A program made the translations under genes and the position numbers. The notes under the pieces were generated by a model, which was given only the letters and a program-made list of their open reading frames with translations, was not told the origin of the DNA and did no database searches. A DNA stretch of 63,605 nt, counting the filler, from Reticulomyxa filosa (taxonomy: Eukaryota; Protista; Foraminifera), in NCBI GenBank assembly GCA_000512085.1. It is 18 parts of 18 records of this genome, joined end to end, with 100 filler letters (N's around TTAATTAATTAA, not from the genome) between each part and the next. Parts side by side here need not be neighbours in the genome. Positions count along the whole stretch, not along the records: positions 21,039 to 30,336 come from ASPP01019082.1; positions 30,437 to 32,272 come from ASPP01000996.1; positions 32,373 to 36,966 come from ASPP01018537.1; positions 37,067 to 38,860 come from ASPP01002276.1; positions 38,961 to 39,960 come from ASPP01044143.1; 13 more parts are not named here. One strand, given 5' to 3'. Positions 25,081-39,074 of the stretch are shown here, in pieces (position 1 is the stretch's first letter; each line of letters begins with the position of its first letter).

Positions 25081-25889
25081 TTTTTTCTTTTTATTATACA
25101 GAGCTGTTTCAATAGAAGTATTGACCGCTTCAATTCTGTTTGCAGGTGTTTTGCTTGTTTTGAGTTGAAAATAAAGCAAAAATTACCAGCAATTTGTTTA
25201 CTTTATTATTTTTTTCCCATTTATTTTGTATCGGTATATTTGTTTGTGTAATTATTTTTTTTGGTGTATTTTTCATTTTTTTCCCTCTAATTTGTCTTTC
25301 TTTTTTTTTTCTCTTCTTTTTTGTGCAATATCTGTGTTTTACAAGAGATCAAATACATACCATTAATCTTTTTTTCCAAGTAGCACTAGAAAAATTTAAA
25401 AATTAATAACAAATAATTTTGTTTTCAATTCATGAATGATAATGGCATCAGGCCTCCATTTATAAAAAAATATGACGTAGATTTCTGGAATTAAAACCTC
25501 AATCCGAAAAAGTTTTCTTGAATTTTTTTAAACTTTCCCAATATGTTTGGGTTTACGAGTTATTTTTTGATTTGACTTGTCGAGGCAGGACTTCATCAAA
25601 AACAAAACATCTCAAAACAGGTAACAAGTATCAAAACATTCGCACAAAAAAATAGCCCACAAAATAAATCTCCAACAATTCTACCTTAAAAAACGAAAAA
25701 CATACACTCTTTGAATGCGAGATTGAAAAGACAATCAAAATATCTTATTGGTTTTTTAAATTGTAACAAAATGGAAATATGAAGTCTTTCTGAAGGCCTG
25801 ACGACAAAGACACAGTTGTTAGGGGGAGAAAGGGAGAGGAAATAACTAAATCCAAAAACTTAAAATCAATGCACACATCATTAGTTTAC

Positions 25890-28800
25890 TTATTGTTTCA
25901 AATCTTGATTTCCATCAAGGTTTGAAAAATGATCAAAGTTGCCCAAGAAATTGGAAAATGGGTGCTTAAAATGAACCAAAGACTGTTTGTTGTTGCTTGA
26001 GTTTTGCATTTGTGAATTGGCGGCATATTGAAAACCATTTCGATAGGGGCTCGGTCCCCATATTCTAATAGTGCCATCATCAGATGCACTCGCCAGCAGG
26101 TAGTTATCGACAGGATTCCAACTCACACAATTTACTACGTTTGTATGACCACTCAAAACTGCGACATCTTTGCCTGTTGATTTGTTCCAAATGTAGACTT
26201 TGCAATCTTCACTTCCGGAGCAAACAAAGGCATGTCCGCTAATATTATCTATTTTTGAATTGGGTTGGGTTTTGGATTGAATAAAATTGATTTCATGATC
26301 GGGTATTTTTAGTAAATGATTATCTAAAACAGCATCGTCCAGCACCCCTTCAAATTTACTTTTCGTTTTGGAAGAGGCGTTATTGGTTAGTGTTGTATCG
26401 GAACTATTATTGCGACGATTCAAGCCAGAGCCACCTGCGGCTTTGTCATCCATTACCCTATCACTATCATATCTGTTGTTGCCATTGTCTTTGGAAGTCT
26501 TGACACCATTTGGATCATTTGTCAAATGTGGCATCTTTGATTTGAGATGTGTCCTTGGGAGTGATTGAATATGATCAGCTAAATGGCGTCTAAAATTCAG
26601 TTTAATAAAAAAAAAACAAACAAGCAAAGTACAAAGATTATTTTGTAGTGTGTAATGAAAGAGGGGACAACAAGTTTAACACACAATGGCGTGGTTAAGG
26701 AATGAGAGAAAGGAATTTTCATATGTTGCAGTTCTTGTTCAGAGTAATGTGATTTGGAGAAATGCGGCAAAGTAGCAAATCCATTATCGTATGCTGTTTG
26801 TGTGGAATATTCCGAGTCGGACTTGGATGGACGAACAACAAACCCGCCAAAGCCACAGCGGATAATATATCGTTCTTGATCAAAGCCAGTAAAATGCTGG
26901 ACCAACTCGAGCGTTTCCAAATCATACAATAAAATGATGCTTTTGTAAGTGTAGACAGCCTCTCCATGATTGAATCCGGTAGCGGTCATAGGTTTGCCGC
27001 CATGACGATGTAATTTATCAAAAGCGCCAAGCCGTCCCAGATGACTCGGTTTGGAGTCGTAATACGAGGGCAGTACATGTCGAAACAAAACAGAAATGAG
27101 CAGATATTGTCCAGTTTCATCGACACTCAAATCGTTAACCAGAAAGTAAGTCTTTTCCAAATACGTATCCAACACATGACCCATGCCACTAGTCAGCATA
27201 AATTGACTGCGGACCATTTGCGAGGTTCGATCGAACTCTCCATCGCCACTGTTGCCATTCCAATGTGTCTTCCAACAACTTCGATTGCGCTCTTCCAAAA
27301 ACTTTTCGTTTTCTGCAATTTGTTTGTCAATCGTGGCATGCTCTTGCATGTCGTTGTTTTCATTGTCATTGTCATTGTCACGGCGTGCGTTTGAATGGCT
27401 GCCCGACGAGGCTGCGCCATAGATGGCGTTGAAAGAAAGATTATTGGGCATCAAGGATTTCCAATACAAGCGATGCAAGATTTCAATGTTCGAATAACTG
27501 CCGTAATTGTCAAACGACGTCCATTCGGGTGTCAATGCCGTTGTCTTGTCTTTGGTGTCAGTAGACCCTGTTGTACTTTTTTTGCACTTTTCAATGTAAT
27601 GAGATGGCACAAAGTCTGTGGGCAAATTGTTCAAACGAGCTGTCGTTTGATTCGTTTGTTTAGAAGAAGAAGAAGAAGAAGAGGAGGAGGAAGCGTTCGT
27701 CTTTGCATTGGATTCATTCCTTTGCTTTTGAATTTCAGTTCTCCAATGCTGCTTATATTTGTCTTTGAAATATTGTTTCAACAGTGCATTTTGATTGGAT
27801 GGCAGTCCGGGAATTGGATATAACAGTTCATCGCAGGATTGATTCGGGCCATACACAATTGCAAACAAGTCATCGGATAAAATGTCTTGTCGAATTGTCA
27901 GGCAATCATTTTCGTCAAATAATTTCCAATGACTCTCCCTTCTTTTTTTTTTTTTTTGGATATGATTTGTGTTTGAAACAAATATGTTTATGTGAGAACC
28001 ACAAAAAACAAAATAATAATAATAATAATAATATATTTTTAAAAAAAACCCAGACTTCTGACTTGGAATGTTTCTTTTTCGTACATTTGTCTCTGCATCT
28101 AATTGGATACATCCGAACCCAGCGACTGTTGACGGTGACGAATAAGCGATTGTTGGAAATGAGCAAATGTGAAAACAAATAGCAAGTGTTATGAACCAAA
28201 GTCATGACTTTGGCGCCGTTGGTGGTGTCGAACAAATCGATATTGCAATGGTGTGCAGTGACCACCAAGTGTTGCGAGTCGCACGTAAAGCAAGCCGAAG
28301 GTTCTCGCAAGTAGTCTGTTAATTTGCACTTTAACTTTCCGGTTATGTACGTGGATTTGTTGTTGAGTTTCGTACTCTTGTTGTTACATTTCAACAAGTG
28401 CCACAAATTGATCATTGCCCGCAGCACACGTCTTTTGTGTTTTTATTATTGTTCGTTTTGTTGTTTTTGTTACCATTATTATTATTATTATTATTATTAT
28501 TATGAGTAATGTCGTCTCGGTCATGATCATTTTCGTCCACATCCATTGTCTGCTCTTTGTGTTTGTGTCGATCTGGAAAACTGCCTCGTACCTCTTCAAT
28601 TGTCAGCACATAGTGCTTGTTCTTTGACACGCTGACAAATGTCACTGCGTGTTTGTGTGATAAACTGCCAAGCAAAGGAATTGGGTCCTCTTGCAATGGA
28701 TTGAGATTATCTCCGTCGAGTTCATCACCGTCTTCGTCATTCTCCTCGTCGTCGACCCCGTCGTTATTTACCTTTTCTTCTTTTTCTTTTTCCTTTTCTT

Positions 28801-30315
28801 CTCTTTCATCATTATCATCATCATCATCATCATCATCATTATCTTCTCCTGCTTCCTCTGACTCGTTTTTGCGACTTCCTTTTGGATGGTACTTATCCCC
28901 GACATTATCGTTGTTCTCTTTATCTGCGGAACTTTCTTTCACATTCACTGGGGATTTGTCTTCGATCCATTGCTTGATTCTGCTATCCTCTGCGCTGTCA
29001 TTGCTTTCCGCAGAAATAACGGGCAAATCCGATGGAATGTGCGGCTGGTAATTCACCGGAGCAATAGACAACGGAGGATTAGTCATTAGAACACGATTGA
29101 AATCGTAGATTAAACATTTGCCATCGCTCGAAGCTGATAGCATCCAGAGTCCATCACTTTCAAATAATATATGTGTACAAATACATTGTATATAATGTAT
29201 ATATTGTATATAATGTATATATTGTATATATGTTATTTCTGTTCATCGTTTTATGTGAACATGCTTTTAATGATAATAAAAATAAGAAAAAAAAAAAAAA
29301 GATAATCTTTGTTTTTGTTTTTGTTTTTTTTTTCCTTTCCACCATCCATGTATGTAACTGGGAGAAGACACAATGGAGCACTTCATCGGTATGATCGTGC
29401 AGTAAAAAATACGTGTGAGTTGGTATTTGTGATTGGTTTTGATTGAAGGAGTGGATTGGCAAGGGATGGTAGTAATCAAAGACATCCGAGTGGCTGCTGG
29501 CGTGGTGTTGATGCAATATGCGATGATGTGCCGTCATGGGGATGCACCATTTTTTGTGTTTGCCAATGGGCTTGACCGACAATTGCAAGTGACTATCGTC
29601 ATTCAATGGATTACTGTATGCTACCAATGGTCTTGTTATCGACACACTGGGCAATCTTAGATTCAAATGATTCGATTTCGTCATTTGAGTTCGAATGTTC
29701 TTTGTTTCAAACAAGCGGACATCGAAACAATGGTGTATATATATGTATATGTATATGTATATATATATATATTGCCATGATATTCATTTATATGTTTATA
29801 TGTATTTCAAAAATGATAATTTGAAATTAAAAAAAATAAACTTGATCAATAATATGTAAAAGTGAATTCTTGGCAATGACTTGTGGATTAACACAAGAAT
29901 TGGAAAGAAACAAAGGCCTCAAAGCTTGAGCCAAGCATTTTCGAGAATGTCGAATTCCAAGCCAATTAAGTTCTCTCATTTCTTGTCGGATTTCCTTTGC
30001 GTTAGCTGATAGTATCATTTTGGTAAGCTTGGATAATCTCCACATTGGATAAAATGACAACAAAGGGGCATTATTGCCACCAGCATTGATACTGCTATTA
30101 TTAGGATTGCCATCATCACCATCATTATTAGTAGTAGTATTGTTGTTATTGCCATTGTTGTAGTTATGATCCTCAGCGAAATCGTTTCCATTGCCAACGT
30201 CCAACGACGATGGTTCTCGATAGTATTCATTCATTTCGTTGATCAAAGGAGACAATTGCTGTTGCAATATTGTCATTGCCAATAGTAATTCGTCATTGTA
30301 TACATGTTCCAAGCA
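25890..30315 (-). CDS. WDR26: WD repeat-containing protein 26 / GID7 homologue (CTLH + WD40), multi-exon, 5' truncated
   Basis: CTLH-type region (LEHV...[12 protein letters not shown]...SRKCLAQAL...LLHIIDQ), then [23 protein letters not shown] and [14 protein letters not shown]...[15 protein letters not shown]...[16 protein letters not shown], all typical of WDR26. Confidence 0.88.
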
Positions 30316-31617
30316 CCTTTTTTTTTTTTTAAAAAANNNNNNNNNNNNNNNNNNNNNNNNNNNNNNNNNNNNNNNNNNNNTTAATTAATTAANNNNNNNN
30401 NNNNNNNNNNNNNNNNNNNNNNNNNNNNNNNNNNNNTAATGTTTTTAGTTGATTTTCCTTATGGCATTGGATCAACTAGAGCTTAACATAGTTTAGATGG
30501 AAATGCAAGAAATTTAGAAAGAGTGCGCATCCAAACCAGCAACGTATTTTTGGAGCTCGTATCCTCCTTTCCCAAATTGGTTTCTTTTTTGCAGTGTTCA
30601 ATTTACGGAATCGGATGGCAAAGGTACAATGCCAACAAAACAGCGAAAGGATGATTGTTTCCTTCTTGGATTTACAAACTGTATGACGACAAGGTGATCA
30701 CTGATTGTGAAGACAAAAGTGACTCTGACAAGAACAATGCATTAAAAAAAGAAGGAAATACCGTAATGTCAAACAGTTTTTTCGCGCTCCGCCTATCAAG
30801 AAAGTCAGGATGATGAACATTCGTCGCAAAAGAAGCGCGATCATAAATAAACTGCCCATAAGCACAGTAAGCGTTCTAAACGTCGATACAAAGATGAAAA
30901 ATTCAAGTTTTGCTATTTTCCCCCCCCCCCCTTCCTCAGGTACGTATATATGTACATATGTGTGTACGTTACTTCTGATAGAAAATTTTTTCGTGATATG
31001 GGTGATTTGGAACACAAAACTCAAATTAATGATGCTAAGGACTGAAAACTTTCAAACACTTCTCAAAAGACGAAAAGAAAAAAAACAAACATTCCAAACG
31101 TAAGTTTTCTCATCGTGATAGTGGGAGTAGACAATGATAGTGTGATTGTCATCGCCGAAGACATAAAAAGAAAAAAATCAAGTGGCCGTAAATCTGAAGA
31201 AAAATCTGTTAAGAGTGACAAACGTAACAGTCACAAAAACAACCGTCATCCAAAAAAAAAAAAAAAACTCAAAAGGTAAGTAAATAATGACTCAACACAA
31301 ATGATATCAATATTGCTGCAGGATGGTGTTTCATTACATTGAATGGCCATAAATCTAACACCATTTGCGAGACTTACAAATTAGCTAATCATAACGTTGT
31401 TTGTGTTAATATGTTGCATTATTTAACAGGTTTTTTTTAATAATTAATTTGGTTTTCAACACTATATGACATAATATAATATATGTTGTGAAAACAAAAA
31501 CAGCTTACAATGAAAACAATAATACATCTTTCAAATTCTAATAATTAATTTATTATTTTTAACTTGTTTTACCAACGACAGCATCGAAATTTTAATGTTC
31601 AAATTAACAAAAACGTC

Positions 31618-31735
31618 TACAGTAGGTTGCAAAGAAAACTGAACGTCTAAAACATATCTTATGATGATAATTGATTTTATCAATTATCATCATAAGATAT
31701 GTTTTAAGCATTCAGTTTTCTTTCAACCTACTGTA
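31618..31735. mobile_element. Palindromic miniature inverted-repeat element (Tc1/mariner/pogo-type MITE candidate)
   Basis: TA-CAGTAGGTTG...CAACCTACTG-TA. Perfectly complementary blocks of 12, 13 and 28 bp around a 3-nt loop; CAGT termini with flanking TA. Confidence 0.6.
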
Positions 31736-32372
31736 TATTCATATCGCAAATATTTCTGTAAATGTGAAAAAGTTACTACGTTTAAATAACTCAGGAACAA
31801 AGGGAATATATTTTTTGATGAATTTTTGAATAAAAATTAAAAAACAGAACATGAAGTTTAATGCACCGAAAACGAAGTAGTATAGTACAAGTTCGGGAAA
31901 AAATACACTTATGTACTGCTTAAACACTATACTAGTCATGTTGTTTCTGCAGTCCAGTAGAAGAATTGTGGTCAGCATGCGCACCACTGTCTTGATTGTA
32001 TCAGTTGCTCATGAATGATCCAGCCCAGTGGTCATCATGAGCTAACCACACTCCGTTTTTTTCTGAAAATTTTATATTTTTTTTGAGAATTTATGCGAAA
32101 ATTGATGAAAATTGCATTTTTTATAAAAAAAGCATTTATTTTGCTTAGATATATGAAAAATTGATTCGAAACTGAAATTTAATCTTTTTTCAAAATGTTG
32201 ATGAATTGCAATATTGTCTTGTGATCAGTTAATTAAAAAGATAGAATAAAATGAAATTCACATTAACTTTTTNNNNNNNNNNNNNNNNNNNNNNNNNNNN
32301 NNNNNNNNNNNNNNNNTTAATTAATTAANNNNNNNNNNNNNNNNNNNNNNNNNNNNNNNNNNNNNNNNNNNN

Positions 32373-33010
32373 AATTTATTTTTTTGTGCATCATTTGTAG
32401 GTGTTTGAGAAAGTAATTCTTCCAAAATAATAGTTTGTAATTCGTTTTTTGCAGTTTTAAATTCTTCTTCGGTCATTTGTCCAAGAGTTAGATGTGGTGT
32501 ATAATGAGAAGGTAAATTTCTTTCTTCTTCACATAAACAAGTAACTTCTTTATTATCAGAAGATTGAAGAATATGATTTAAACAATCAAACATATATTTT
32601 TGAATATATCTAAGACGATAACCACTTTGTTTATCTGGAATAAGATAACAATATTGTTTTCCAGTGCCATGATATCTTTCAAATGTTTCAAATACTAATT
32701 CAAATTTTTGTAAATATTCATTTTCTTTTTCTTTTTTGTAATATTGAATTGCTTCTGTCATTATTGCATAAATTTCATAAAAGATTTCTTGAGGAAGAAA
32801 TGGAAAAAATAAATGTACATGGGAAAGATTCGTAATTGCTCGTTTATCATATTTTCCACGTATCTTTGTTAATATTCGAAATATTGGATCCTCTTTTTTT
32901 GGACATACACATACTACACTATCACGTAAACATCGTCTTGATTTCAGTTCATATTTTTCCAATACTTTTTCAGGAATTTGTATTTGTGGTAAACATTGAG
33001 CAAATTTTCT
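32373..33010 (-). CDS. 2H-phosphoesterase (2'-5' RNA ligase/LigT-like) domain, partial
   Basis: Two His motifs, SHVHLFFPF and YTPHLTLGQ, about 110 aa apart, preceded by SVVCVCP...IRGKYDK, the layout of eukaryotic LigT-like domains. Confidence 0.7.
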
Positions 33011-34039
33011 ATAAAAAAAATGAATGACTAAAAAGGTCAGTGACAAGGGCCTTTAAGAACTTTTCCAAGTTCCGTTTAAATCTTTTTTTTTTGTTTTCAT
33101 TTTCTTTTTGTTATTAAAACAAGAAAAGTTATAAAAGGATGGTTCAATAAGTTAAATGATTTTTTGTTTTGTATAAGTTAAATGATGACAAAATAACCTA
33201 GCTCATCCTGAAACGACCTCAAATTAAACGACATCGAAACTGTCGTTAATGAGGTGAAGAGTTGGCTGAACTCTTTCAATTGTTTTTAATTTTTGTTTTT
33301 TCTTAAAAGGAAATAAAAACAATTGTTTGTTTGTTTTATGAAAATAGAAATAATTGCACTGCGGCTTTTCGCACTTAAAAGATAGTTCGCGGTGAAAAAA
33401 TTTTGCCTGTAGCAACATTACAAAAAAATGTTTACTTTCGCATACAATAACGTGTTGGCGAGATCATTTTCATTTTACAAAGTGAGTTTTTTTTTTAGTC
33501 AATTTCCTTAGCACAATCGTGTTTAAGAACACTTTTGTGAAACAATTTTTTAGAATAGTTTGAGTAATTTTGCTTTTAATGTACACTAAATCTCTTTTCA
33601 GCCAGTGATCTTTATTTTTCAGCGTTTTCTTATAACTCTTCCAAGAAATATAACAGATATTGCCCGCAATACAATGATACAAAATGCTTTTGTAAAATAA
33701 GAAGCTAACGTTTTTTAGTGATTTAAAAAAAAGTGTAATAGCTGAAATGGTATTTGTTAAAAAAATTAAAGTATTTCATAACAAAGCTATTTACAATGGT
33801 TTCTATGTTTATTGTTTGCTGTGATGTTCCTTGGCGCTTTTGTGATCCGTGCAATAGTCATAATGCGAAGTCCTTTTGTTAAAAATCACTTTTTGATTAA
33901 GTTTGTCTTTGCCAAACGGAAAAGCTATTGGAAATGAACTGATCAGGTTTAAGAAAATGGATTGTTCTCTCGAACAATCATGGAATTGTGTACAAAATTT
34001 TATCAAAAAATTTCCAAACATTTTAAAGGCATTTTACTG

Positions 34040-36866
34040 TTAATTTTTTGGTGAATTTTCACGGATGAATTGAGTTGCTTGCTGTACCAGCATCAAACAC
34101 ATGCCAACTTCACCATAAAATTTGACGCTATTACTAACAAAGCGATCGATATAACCCAATCGCATGTGGATGTCTTTAACACGGGAATGGACAATGACCC
34201 AGACCATGACGTCCATGTAGTCATCTCCACACAAGAGGAGGTTAGGATCTCGGGAATACGTTTGCGCGCACGGGTTGATGGCATGAACAGATTGCAAAAA
34301 GTAGTGAAGTATATCACTTGGAACACGTTGTTGCATAGCCTCATGAAAATATGCGATAGCCTCAAAATAAGGTGCACCAGGATGAACCATTCCATTCTTA
34401 CGTGCCAATTCACTATTCATTTGTTTCAAGATGGACTTTTCCATTTCCACGCTTGCAAATGACTTGCAAAACTGTGCCTGGATGCCCAATTCCTGTTGGG
34501 TTAATTCTCGCATCCATTGACAATTGCGATTGAACGTCTCATCCCATTCCTTCTCCTCCTTCGTATAAAACACTTCCCAAATCGGGTATTTCACCAAGCG
34601 GTTCTCCTTTGCAATCGTGTATGTCAAATAAGGAAAGGCTAGCCGTTCCAGGAACAAGCGCAGAACATGTTGGTAACAATCATATGCCTCTTGATATTCT
34701 CTCGTGAAGCGTTTGCCAACACTGTATTTGTAATTGATTGTTTTATTTGTATTTTTAATGCTTTTATACACATATACATATATGTATATGAAAGTTTTGA
34801 AAGACTTCTCCAAAACTGATCAATGTATTTGTTTTGAATCGTAATAACAGGATACTCTTTCAAAATGAGAGAAGTAATAGTCTCAAGGAACGCGACAATT
34901 TCGTTTGGAGGCATGATTCCATTTCCATAATGCGTCATCTCCTCCAGCTCATTGTCCATCTCTTTGCTTTCTTTCTTTTCATTGTCTTTCGGAGTTTGTG
35001 CCGCTGCCGCTGCCGCAGTCTGCACACGCTTCAAATTTTTCGTCTCAAATTCGTGGTGCCAATTGCGATATTGCTTACCTTCGACATATCTGTCGTCCGT
35101 GATTAAGCTATTGAACTCATGCTGTGCTTTCTTTTCGTCCTTTGGATGATAATGATATCCGCGTGAACGAGGCGCAGTACTCATTGACAGTGCTTCTTCC
35201 AACAGCCCTCTATTTTTTATTTTTATTTTTTTTTTTGTCCCATGTTTTATTATAAATAACAATAACAAAAAAAAAAATATTTATATTTATTAGTTATTAG
35301 TTATTATAAAACAAACCGATAAGCAGTGGCTCTATCTTGTTGGGTTTGTCGGACTTCGATTTTTTTTTGTAGCTCCAAATATTTTTGTTTGAGATTTTGT
35401 TCCACTTCAATCAAAGTGGGGATAGACTCTTCAATCTTCATCACCTCTCTCGGCAACGGCAAGTTTTCAGGGTCTCGAAACACATAATTGGAACTCTCGT
35501 TACTGACGACAAGGATATTGCTACTGTCGTCGTTGTTGTCCACATTCCTTTCTTCGTCTACGCCCAACAGGTCGTCCTCTCTTGGTGAATAGAACGTGTT
35601 GGGTAGTGCTTCGTCTAACTCAAGGCCTTTCATGTTATCCATTTTTTTTTGTGCATGTGTATATTAGCAATGTGACAAACATTACCAATTCAATCCATTC
35701 AAAACAAACAAACAAATAAACCAAAAAAAAAATAAACAAAACTTCCTCTATGATATGTGGTGGTGACATCGACGCTGAGAGACTTTTTTTTTTGCATTTT
35801 GTACGGACTTCCGTTAACATTGGATTCCACCGTTTGCACACTAAGCTGGGGCTCAAACAGCTCATTTTTTACAGACTCTAAATCACCGCCATCCAACACA
35901 AACTGCAACTTGTTTACAAATGTTTCGTACGTCTGCAAACGATGCATCTCTAACTCGATTTTCGAGGTTAGTAATAAAAATTTACTTTCATAATAAGCTC
36001 GAGCCATATTCTCCGCCTCTTTACCATACATACATACATACATATGCATATGTTTATTTATTTCATCATATGCATAGTTCATTTTATAACAGATAGACAA
36101 ACATTAACCTGTTTGGGACCATCTCTTCCATTGTTTTATATCTTGATGCATTTGATGACGTTCATTGTGTAACTCCATTTGATATTGTGTTATCTTTGCT
36201 TCCTTTTTATTTGTTTGTTTGTCGTTTGTTTTTTTTTTTTAAAAAAAAAAAAAAAAGAGAGAGGAGAATTCAGTTTTCAAAGCTCGAAAAACAAGGGAAG
36301 CGATGATGCAGCAAAACTTGTTTTCTAATGTACTCTTTCAATAAATCCGAGTAGTTGCTAAAGGCCTGTCTGTTTTTGTCACTCCAACTGACCACGGTGC
36401 TAACCACCAAATCGATGATCGATCCCCTCCGATTGATGCTTTTTGGTTTCCCACCCACATCTATTTCGGGTTTAGTCTTGTCCGTTTCTTGGTCAGCATC
36501 AGTGCGTCGATGATTCGTCACATTTTCCACCTTCGTCCTCTCAAAAAAAAAAAAAAAAGTCCCCTCGAGATCTTAAAATTGTAAATATGTATACATATGC
36601 ATATATACATATACATATATGTATGTACATATATGTATATGATAGATAAGATATATTACTTCATTGTCGACAGGACTTGCCATCTGCTTTTTATTATCGA
36701 TGGAACCCAGATCAACACTCTCCGTGGTTTTTGGAGTGGAGCCCTGTTTGGAGACTTTTCTGGAAAAGCTTGAGACCATACGATGCAAGAAAGACGGCTG
36801 GCGTTCATTGGCGGAAGGCCTTTTGTCACTGTTTGATAATGGACTGGTCGCCTTACCTTTCGGCAT
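34040..36866 (-). CDS. VPS9-domain Rab5-family GEF, multi-exon
   Basis: C-terminal VPS9 signature LCGDDYMDVMVWVIV...RLGYIDRF...GEVGMCLMLVQQATQFI; upstream coiled-coil exons are collinear on the minus strand. Confidence 0.8.
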
Positions 36867-37789
36867 TTAGCCATAGGTGATGAGAGGAAAGGAGGGGGGG
36901 GGATTAATAGCATATGCATAAAACAAATTTTTTTTTTTTTTTTGTATGCATACAATATCCAAAAAANNNNNNNNNNNNNNNNNNNNNNNNNNNNNNNNNN
37001 NNNNNNNNNNTTAATTAATTAANNNNNNNNNNNNNNNNNNNNNNNNNNNNNNNNNNNNNNNNNNNNTGTAGATTGTATGCTTCGGAATGGAACAAGTGCT
37101 GAACAAATGAGAATTCAAGCGATTGGTATCGAACTCATTGTGTCAATACGACCGCCATAGACAAATTCGACCAACATTTTTTGCAAAGCATCACAAGGGA
37201 TTTCGCTGTTATGATCGATATTGTCTCGCCCTTTGGCGCCAAGCGGTCAATCCATTCGTCCAGTGTATCCATCGCGCAGGATTTATCGGTCTCACTAAAT
37301 TCAAATGCCTTTGGATCAGCCAATGGGCTCGAATCGTAAGCGCTCCAACACCACTGCATGCAGCCAGGCCAAAAGTACGTATAAGCGGACCACGTTCCCA
37401 CGGCGCATGTTCGTATGCGAGAAGTAAGAGTAAGCGCCATTGACGATTCTCTTTGTCTTTGTGTGTGTTGTTTTTTTTTTTATAATATTCCTTCACGTCA
37501 CAGTCTTGGAATTCGGGCAAGGACTCTCCGGCTTGCAATACGTGATGGGCAAAATGTGCATGAAGGCAGACAGGTCGAACTGGTATAAGAAATGAATGGA
37601 CGATAGTGCCTCCCCCAGCAAAAGTATAGTCTGGTGCACGCACGAGCAAAAAGGCGAGTAGAAACGGCTGGCATCCTCAGTCTTTTGTAGAAATATGTTC
37701 GGATTGATCAGCCTTTTCTTGGATGGCCTTGACCTTGGCCTTGTGCTTCAAATTCTTCAATGTGGTCATCACGTGGCCCGCTTCCATTT

Positions 37790-38860
37790 TTGAATGAGCA
37801 CCTGATGATAGGTAATGTTGTAATAACCAATATACGTCAAAAAAAAGGCAGTGGAAATGAGACAATCTCCAACCAAACGTATTCAATTCTGTCTTTCGAA
37901 GCTGATGGTGGCTTCTCTTGCGACAGGTCTTGCAGCAGCTGCTTGGCACGCGTGCCATCGATTGTTGCACCTGCATCATTTCGTGCATTTTGGCGTATTC
38001 GGCTTTGTACTCTTTGATTGTACGGTTTCCAATTTGCACCACCACATGCTTGTGATGACTTGTTCATCAGCTCGTATTGCAAGTCAGGGGTTCTCCAAAT
38101 ACTTGCTCACACGACTTCGTTGCTTATCTGCAATCGCGTTCGTATCAAAGTTGAGAATCGACTGAATAAACTCTTTGTTCGCCACTGCCTTAATCATTCC
38201 CGTCGGGTCGTTTGCGTCAATCTTCCAATTCAACAGAATAAACACTGCTTACAATGTCAACTTCACTCGCTCTGGGGGGGGAGGGGGGGGGGACACGGAC
38301 TTCTCATGGCTCTGATTTCGTCCAACTGGCTCTTTTTTTTTATATTCGACACTGACTGGCGTGCCAACTCCAATGCTGGCTTGGCTTGCGCCGTAATCAT
38401 CGCCATTTCCTTACTAATCTCTTCCTCCACTCGGATGGCCTCCTCTCTGGACTTGGTCACCTCTTGCTCCGAGTGCATCATCTGGTGCAGCTTTTCGTCA
38501 GCAATCCGCTGCTGCTCCGGCAGCTGTGTCTCCCTTTTCATTCAGGTCGAGCTGTCGCTTTTCCACCTTCTCCTCCTCCTCCTCCTCTTCCGTCTCGTGC
38601 AGGATCTTCAGTCCGACGCTCAAATGCCGCTGCAGTTCATCGAGATGCTGTTGCTTTTCGTCGGATCAGGTCCAAGTAAGTGTTTGAGCGTTATATGTAC
38701 GTGGATCGGGTCATGGGTCATGTAGTTCTTGGCCAGGTATTGTGTTGTAGCTCCTCCTCCTCCTCCTCCTCCAGCCAGTGACTTCACCGGGCGCGAGCAG
38801 CGCATTCATGCGTTCCAGGAACGCACTGTGCAAGATATTGGGGATTCGTCGACACAAGAA
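37790..38860 (-). pseudogene. Cytoplasmic dynein heavy chain (stalk region) pseudogene fragment
   Basis: AKPALELARQSVSNIKKKSQLDEIRAMRSP resembles the dynein stalk/MTBD entry and RTIKEYKAEYA resembles the second stalk coil. The frame is broken by many stops and shifts and appears internally deleted. Confidence 0.65.
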
Positions 38861-39074
38861 NNNNNNNNNNNNNNNNNNNNNNNNNNNNNNNNNNNNNNNN
38901 NNNNTTAATTAATTAANNNNNNNNNNNNNNNNNNNNNNNNNNNNNNNNNNNNNNNNNNNNACTTTTTTTTTAGATCAACAAAGGGGAATGAAAAATTGAA
39001 TTGAGTAAGGAGAAGTGCAACTTGCATTTTATTGATTAAAAAAAATACAAATTTTTAATGTTAAATAAATTATG

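Noticed and set aside
30437-31300. Coding-like, Lys/Ser-rich sequence on the plus strand
   Set aside because: Stops in all frames and no identifiable family; probably gene debris but not supportable as a call.
32003-32047. Small imperfect hairpin (GCTCATGA...TCATGAGC)
   Set aside because: Short, bulged and single copy, with no recognisable ncRNA or SECIS context.
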